DNA of 32,660 nucleotides from a virus (Duplodnaviria; Heunggongvirae; Uroviricota; Caudoviricetes; Peduoviridae): IMG/VR virus record IMGVR_UViG_2534682158_000021; one strand, 5' to 3'. Shown piece by piece: positions 27,125 to 32,660 of this stretch (position 1 is its first letter; each line of letters starts with the position of its first letter). The notes under the pieces were generated by a model. It saw only the letters and a program-made list of their open reading frames with translations, ran no database searches and was not told where the DNA came from. The position numbers and the translations under genes were made by a program.

Positions 27125-29564
27125 CAATGTAAAATTACAGGTATTGCTCAGGGCTGTTGACCAGGCATCCCGCCCGTTTAAATCCATCCGCACAGCGAGT
27201 AAGTCGCTGTCGGGGGATATCCGGGAAACACAAAAATCACTGCGCGAGCTGAACGGTCACGCATCCCGTATTGAGGGATTCCGCAAGACCAGTGCACAGC
27301 TCGCCGTGACTGGTCATGCACTTGAAAAGGCAAGGCAGGAGGCCGAAGCCCTTGCCACACAGTTTAAAAACACCGAACGTCCGACCCGTGCTCAGGCGAA
27401 AGTCCTGGAATCCGCAAAGCGTGCGGCGGAGGACTTACAGGCGAAATATAACCGCCTGACAGATTCCGTTAAACGCCAGCAGCGGGAACTGGCCGCTGTG
27501 GGAATTAATACCCGCAATCTTGCACATGATGAGCAGGGACTGAAAAATCGTATCAGTGAAACCACCGTACAGCTTAACCGTCAGCGTGACGCGCTGGCGC
27601 GTGTCAGTGCGCAACAGGCAAAACTTAACGCAGTCAAACAGCGTTATCAGGCCGGAAAGGAACTGGCCGGAAATATGGCCTCAGTGGGCGCTGCCGGTGT
27701 GGGGATTGCGGCGGCGGGAACGATGGCCGGAGTTAAGTTGCTGATGCCCGGTTATGAGTTTGCGCAGAAAAACTCAGAATTGCAGGCCGTGCTCGGAGTG
27801 GCAAAAGACTCCGCCGAAATGACCGCACTACGCAAACAGGCGCGCCAGCTCGGCGACAATACAGCCGCCTCGGCGGATGATGCGGCCGGTGCACAGATAA
27901 TCATCGCGAAAGCGGGTGGGGATGTTGATGCCATTCAGGCGGCAACGCCGGTCACGCTGAATATGGCGCTGGCGAACCGCCGCACGATGGAAGAAAACGC
28001 CGCCCTGCTGATGGGGATGAAATCCGCCTTTCAGCTTTCAAACGATAAGGTCGCTCATATCGGGGATGTTCTCTCCATGACGATGAACAAAACCGCCGCC
28101 GATTTTGACGGCATGAGCGATGCGCTGACCTATGCCGCACCTGTGGCAAAAAATGCCGGTGTCAGCATTGAAGAAACTGCCGCAATGGTCGGGGCGCTGC
28201 ATGATGCAAAAATCACAGGCTCAATGGCGGGGACGGGAAGCCGTGCCGTGTTAAGCCGCCTGCAGGCACCGACGGGAAAAGCATGGGATGCACTCAAAGA
28301 GCTTGGAGTGAAAACCTCAGACAGCAAGGGAAACACCCGGCCAATATTTACCATTCTGAAAGAAATGCAGGCCAGTTTTGAGAAAAACCGGCTCGGTACT
28401 GCCCAGCAGGCTGAATACATGAAAACTATTTTCGGGGAGGAGGCCAGCTCAGCCGCCGCCGTGCTGATGACTGCCGCCTCAACCGGAAAGCTGGACAAAC
28501 TGACCGCTGCGTTTAAAGCCTCAGACGGGAAGACCGCCGAGCTGGTAAATATCATGCAGGACAACCTAGGCGGTGACTTTAAGGAGTTTCAGTCCGCTTA
28601 TGAGGCGGTGGGGACAGACCTGTTTGACCAGCAGGAAGGCGCGCTGCGTAAGCTCACGCAGACGGCCACAAAGTATGTGTTAAAACTCGACGGCTGGATA
28701 CAGAAAAACAAATCACTGGCGTCAACCATTGGCCTCATTGCCGGTGGCGCGCTGGCGCTTACTGGCATCATCGGTGCAATTGGTCTTGTTGCCTGGCTGG
28801 TTATCACCGGCATCAATGCCATCATCGCGGCAGCAGGCGCAATGGGGGCAATCTTCACGACGGTTAGCAGTGCTGTTATGACGGCCATCGGGGCGATTAG
28901 CTGGCCGGTTGTGGCCGTGGTGGCCGCCATTGTCGCCGGGGCGTTGCTTATCCGTAAATACTGGGAGCCTGTCAGCGCATTCTTTGGCGGTGTGGTTGAA
29001 GGGCTGAAAGCGGCATTTGCGCCGGTGGGGGAACTGTTCACGCCACTGAAGCCGGTGTTTGACTGGCTGGGTGAAAAGTTACAGGCCGCGTGGCAGTGGT
29101 TTAAAAACCTGATTGCCCCGGTTAAAGCCACACAGGACACCCTGAACCGTTGCTGTGATACGGGTGTCATGTTCGGGCAGGCACTGGCTGACGCGCTGAT
29201 GCTGCCGCTTAATGTGTTCAACAAACTGCGCAGCGGTATTGACTGGGTACTGGAAAAACTCGGCGTCATCAACAAAGAGTCTGACGCACTTGACCAGACT
29301 GCCGCCAGAACTCATGCCGCCACGTATGGCACAGGTGATTATATTCCGGCGACCAGCTCTTATGCGGGGTATCAGGCTTACCAGCCGGTCACGGCACCGG
29401 CTGGCCGCTCTTATGTGGACCAGAGTAAAAACGAATATCACATCAACCTGACGGGCGGTACTGCGCCGGGGACACAGCTTGACCGCCAGTTACAGGATGC
29501 GCTCGAAAAATACGAGCGGGATAAACGTGCGCGCGCCCGTGCCAGCATGATGCATGACGGTTAA
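27117..29564 (+). CDS. T: Tail tape measure protein T
   Basis: 815-aa ORF; alanine-rich, coiled-coil-like N-terminal half and hydrophobic segments; size and position match P2 gpT. Confidence 0.92.
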   Translation: MSNNVKLQVLLRAVDQASRPFKSIRTASKSLSGDIRETQKSLRELNGHASRIEGFRKTSAQLAVTGHALEKARQEAEALATQFKNTERPTRAQAKVLESAKRAAEDLQAKYNRLTDSVKRQQRELAAVGINTRNLAHDEQGLKNRISETTVQLNRQRDALARVSAQQAKLNAVKQRYQAGKELAGNMASVGAAGVGIAAAGTMAGVKLLMPGYEFAQKNSELQAVLGVAKDSAEMTALRKQARQLGDNTAASADDAAGAQIIIAKAGGDVDAIQAATPVTLNMALANRRTMEENAALLMGMKSAFQLSNDKVAHIGDVLSMTMNKTAADFDGMSDALTYAAPVAKNAGVSIEETAAMVGALHDAKITGSMAGTGSRAVLSRLQAPTGKAWDALKELGVKTSDSKGNTRPIFTILKEMQASFEKNRLGTAQQAEYMKTIFGEEASSAAAVLMTAASTGKLDKLTAAFKASDGKTAELVNIMQDNLGGDFKEFQSAYEAVGTDLFDQQEGALRKLTQTATKYVLKLDGWIQKNKSLASTIGLIAGGALALTGIIGAIGLVAWLVITGINAIIAAAGAMGAIFTTVSSAVMTAIGAISWPVVAVVAAIVAGALLIRKYWEPVSAFFGGVVEGLKAAFAPVGELFTPLKPVFDWLGEKLQAAWQWFKNLIAPVKATQDTLNRCCDTGVMFGQALADALMLPLNVFNKLRSGIDWVLEKLGVINKESDALDQTAARTHAATYGTGDYIPATSSYAGYQAYQPVTAPAGRSYVDQSKNEYHINLTGGTAPGTQLDRQLQDALEKYERDKRARARASMMHDG

Positions 29565-29578
29565 GGAGGTGACGAAAA

Positions 29579-30058
29579 ATGATGCTCGCGTTAGGTATGT
29601 TTGTTTTTATGCGCCAGACGCTGCCACACCAGACCATGCAGCGTGAATCAGATTATCGCTGGCCGTCAAATTCCCGTATCGGCAAACGGGATGCCTTTCA
29701 GTTTCTCGGTGTGGGTGAGGAAAACATTACGCTTGCCGGTGTGCTTTATCCCGAACTGACCGGCGGGAAGCTGACGATGACCACGCTCAGGCTGATGGCA
29801 GAGGAAGGCCGGGCGTGGCCGTTGCTGGATGGCACCGGCATGATTTACGGCATGTATGTCATCAGCAGGGTGAATGAAACAGGGAGTATTTTCTTTGCAG
29901 ACGGCACACCCCGAAAAATTGATTTTACGCTGTCGCTCACCCGCGTTGATGAATCACTGGCCGCGCTTTATGGCGATATCGGTAAACAGGCGGAATCGCT
30001 CATCGGTAAGGCTGGCAGTATGGCGACTAAATTCACGGGTATGACGGGGGCGGGATAA
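29579..30058 (+). CDS. U: Tail protein U
   Basis: 159-aa ORF; size and position match P2 gpU. Confidence 0.9.
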   Translation: MMLALGMFVFMRQTLPHQTMQRESDYRWPSNSRIGKRDAFQFLGVGEENITLAGVLYPELTGGKLTMTTLRLMAEEGRAWPLLDGTGMIYGMYVISRVNETGSIFFADGTPRKIDFTLSLTRVDESLAALYGDIGKQAESLIGKAGSMATKFTGMTGAG

Positions 30059-31221
30059 TGCTGGATGCGCTGACATTTGATGCAGGCAGTACGCTGACGC
30101 CGGATTACATGCTGATGCTCGACAGCAGGGATATTACCGGCAATATCAGCGACCGTCTGATGAGCATGACCCTGACGGATAACCGGGGCTTTGAGGCTGA
30201 CCAGCTTGATATTGAACTGAACGATGCCGACGGGCAGGTCGGGCTGCCGGTTCGTGGCGCTGTCCTGACGGTGTATATCGGCTGGAAAGGTTTTGCCCTG
30301 GTATGCAAAGGGAAATTTACCGTTGATGAGGTTGAACACCGGGGCGCGCCGGATGTGGTCACCATCCGCGCCAGGAGTGCAGATTTTCGCGGGACGCTCA
30401 ATTCCCGCCGTGAAGGCTCCTGGCATGACACCACGCTCGGTGCGATTGTTGAGGCGATAGCCTCCCGTAACAGGCTGGAAGCCAGTGTCGCTCCGTCACT
30501 GGCCGGAATTAAAATCCCGCACATCGACCAGTCACAGGAGTCTGATGCAAAATTCCTGACCCGCCTTGCTGAACGCAACGGCGGTGAGGTGTCGGTAAAA
30601 ATGGGAAAACTGTTGTTTCTCAAAGCGGGGCAGGGGGTGACGTCCAGCGGTAAAAAAATCCCGCAGATTACCATCACCCGCAGCGACGGCGACCGTCATC
30701 ATTTTGCGATTGCTGACCGTGGAGCCTATACCGGCGTAACGGCAAAGTGGTTACACACCAAAGACCCGAAGCCGCAAAAGCAGAAGGTAAAACTGAAACG
30801 CAAAAAGAAAGAGAAACACCTGCGCGCACTGGAGCACCCGAAAGCGAAACCAGTCACGCAGAAGAAAGCGCCAAAAGTACCGGAAGCGCGCGAAGGTGAA
30901 TACATGGCCGGTGAGGCTGACAACGTTTTTGCACTGACCACGGTATATGCCACGAAAGCACAGGCCATGCGCGCCGCTCAGGCGAAGTGGGATAAACTGC
31001 AACGGGGCGTTGCGGAGTTCTCCATCAGCCTGGCTACTGGTCGGGCAGATATTTACACGGAAACACCGGTCAAAGTGTCTGGCTTTAAGCGCGTCATAGA
31101 CGAGCAGGACTGGACAATCACTAAGGTGACACACTTTCTGAATAATAGTGGCTTCACGACGTCCTTAGAACTTGAGGTAAGGCTTTCTGATGTGGAGTAC
31201 GAAACAGAAGATGATGAGTGA
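30058..31221 (+). CDS. D: Tail protein D (late control/tail assembly)
   Basis: 387-aa ORF overlapping the U stop; size and position match P2 gpD. Confidence 0.9.
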   Translation: MLDALTFDAGSTLTPDYMLMLDSRDITGNISDRLMSMTLTDNRGFEADQLDIELNDADGQVGLPVRGAVLTVYIGWKGFALVCKGKFTVDEVEHRGAPDVVTIRARSADFRGTLNSRREGSWHDTTLGAIVEAIASRNRLEASVAPSLAGIKIPHIDQSQESDAKFLTRLAERNGGEVSVKMGKLLFLKAGQGVTSSGKKIPQITITRSDGDRHHFAIADRGAYTGVTAKWLHTKDPKPQKQKVKLKRKKKEKHLRALEHPKAKPVTQKKAPKVPEAREGEYMAGEADNVFALTTVYATKAQAMRAAQAKWDKLQRGVAEFSISLATGRADIYTETPVKVSGFKRVIDEQDWTITKVTHFLNNSGFTTSLELEVRLSDVEYETEDDE

Positions 31222-31302
31222 TATCTTTTATTTATCTGTTTGTTTTATAAGGATAAATTAACTAAAATGGCACCATCAACAAAACCGGAAGAGGTGCTCG
31301 CG

Positions 31303-31521
31303 ATGTTTCATTGTCCTTTATGCCAGCATGCCGCACATGCGCGTACAAGTCGCTATATCACTGACACGACAAAAGAGCGTTATCATCAGTGCCAGAACGT
31401 GAATTGCAGCGCCACGTTCATCACTTATGAGTCGGTACAGCGATACATCGTGAAGCCGGGAGAAGTCCACGCCGTAAGGCCGCACCCGTTGCCGTCAGGG
31501 CAGCAAATTATGTGGATGTGA
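31303..31521 (+). CDS. ogr: Late transcription activator Ogr (zinc-finger)
   Basis: Start at ATG 31303 gives 72 aa (MFHCPLCQHAAHARTSRYITDTTKERYHQCQNVNCSATF...) with a CxxC...CxxxxC zinc-binding motif; GGAAGAGG Shine-Dalgarno upstream; last prophage gene. Confidence 0.88.
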   Translation: MFHCPLCQHAAHARTSRYITDTTKERYHQCQNVNCSATFITYESVQRYIVKPGEVHAVRPHPLPSGQQIMWM

Positions 31522-31531
31522 TCACAAAAAT

Positions 31532-31558
31532 AGCCCCTCAGTTGAGGGGCTTTATTTA
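31532..31558 (+). terminator. Intrinsic terminator after ogr
   Basis: agcccctc-agtt-gaggggct perfect 8-bp stem followed by ttatttat; A-run on the 5' side, so potentially bidirectional. Confidence 0.55.
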
Positions 31559-31649
31559 TGGTCGATGTGGACGCTATGTGGACAGCGGTTGACATAAATC
31601 CATTTATATCATCAGGTTAGGTGCTTTTTTGTGACACCATCCCTGTCTT

Positions 31650-31678
31650 CCCCCACATGATGTGGGGGGTTTTTTTAT
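31650..31678 (+). terminator. Intrinsic terminator upstream of fieF (probably host-derived)
   Basis: cccccacat-ga-atgtggggg stem followed by ttttttta. Confidence 0.55.
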
Positions 31679-31757
31679 CCTCAATTTGCCTGCTGCTTAA
31701 TGCATTGCAGATGATTTGCTTCCGTTATACTAGCGTCAGTTGATAGCGGGAGTATTT

Positions 31758-32660
31758 ATGAATCAATCTTATGGACGGCTGGTCAGTCGGGCGGCGATTG
31801 CTGCAACGGCGATGGCTTCACTGCTATTGCTGATTAAAATTTTTGCATGGTGGTATACCGGGTCGGTGAGTATTCTCGCCGCGCTGGTGGATTCGCTGGT
31901 GGATATCGGCGCGTCGTTGACGAATTTACTGGTGGTGCGATATTCCCTGCAACCTGCCGACGATAATCACTCGTTTGGTCACGGTAAAGCTGAGTCCCTC
32001 GCGGCGCTGGCGCAAAGTATGTTTATCTCCGGTTCGGCACTATTCCTCTTTTTGACGGGTATTCAACATCTGATATCTCCAACACCGATGACAGATCCAG
32101 GCGTCGGGGTTATCGTGACAATTGTGGCGCTAATTTGTACGATTATCCTTGTCTCGTTTCAGCGGTGGGTGGTGCGCCGGACGCAAAGCCAGGCGGTGCG
32201 GGCTGATATGCTACATTACCAGTCTGATGTTATGATGAACGGCGCAATTCTGCTGGCGCTGGGGTTGTCCTGGTACGGCTGGCATCGCGCCGATGCTCTG
32301 TTTGCATTGGGAATCGGCATCTATATTTTATATAGCGCGTTACGCATGGGATATGAGGCGGTACAGTCATTACTGGATCGCGCATTACCTGATGAGGAAC
32401 GGCAAGAAATTATTGATATCGTGACTTCCTGGCCGGGTGTTAGCGGCGCTCACGATCTTCGCACGCGGCAGTCAGGGCCGACCCGCTTTATTCAGATTCA
32501 TTTGGAAATGGAAGACTCTCTGCCTTTGGTTCAGGCACATATGGTGGCGGATCAGGTAGAGCAGGCTATTTTACGGCGTTTTCCGGGATCGGATGTGATT
32601 ATCCATCAGGACCCCTGTTCCGTCGTACCCAGGGAGGGTAAACGGTCTATGCTTTCATAA
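31758..32660 (+). CDS. fieF: Cation-diffusion-facilitator ferrous-iron/zinc efflux pump FieF (YiiP), host gene
   Basis: 300-aa protein starting [49 protein letters not shown]..., six predicted TM helices plus cytoplasmic C-terminal domain, recognisable as enterobacterial FieF; stop is the last base of the window. Confidence 0.93.

Larger units (their letters stand above)
1..31558 (+). mobile_element. P2-family prophage, int through ogr; left end (attL) is beyond the window start
   Basis: Complete P2-like gene order and P2-like product sizes across the whole interval; host gene fieF follows immediately on the right. Right boundary is approximate (terminator after ogr). Confidence 0.9.

Noticed and set aside
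1-32660. CRISPR arrays, rRNA or tRNA genes, IS elements
   Set aside because: No regularly spaced direct repeats, no transposase-like ORF, and no obvious tRNA-like sequence near the right junction; tRNA absence cannot be fully excluded without a covariance search.

Overview
This window is an almost complete P2-family (Peduovirus-like) prophage, laid out in prophage order from integrase to ogr, followed by the host gene fieF (ferrous-iron/zinc efflux, CDF family). Gene order and product sizes match P2: int, C repressor, cox, B, four small ORFs, A, [cargo], cos, Q, P, O, N, M, L, X, Y, K, lysA, lysB/lysC, R, S, V, W, J, I, H, G, [cargo], FI, FII, E/E', T, U, D, ogr. All calls rest on reading the supplied translations, synteny and remembered P2 product lengths; no database search was run. 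Two cargo loci stand out. (1) Between A and the cos site, where P2 carries orf91/tin/old, there is a complete, AT-rich cytolethal distending toxin operon cdtA-cdtB-cdtC on the minus strand. (2) Between G and FI, where P2 carries Z/fun, there is a single AT-rich gene for a 197-aa protein with an N-terminal hydrophobic segment and no motif I can recognise; this is the best candidate for an undescribed phage-defence or superinfection-exclusion gene. Other points worth a second look: the portal gene's N-terminus is out of frame at a GGGAAAA heptamer, the tail fibre H is enlarged to 919 aa with three tandem repeats, and a 19-nt P2-type cos sequence is present. The left attachment site lies outside the window (the window starts on the int stop codon); the right junction must lie between ogr and fieF.
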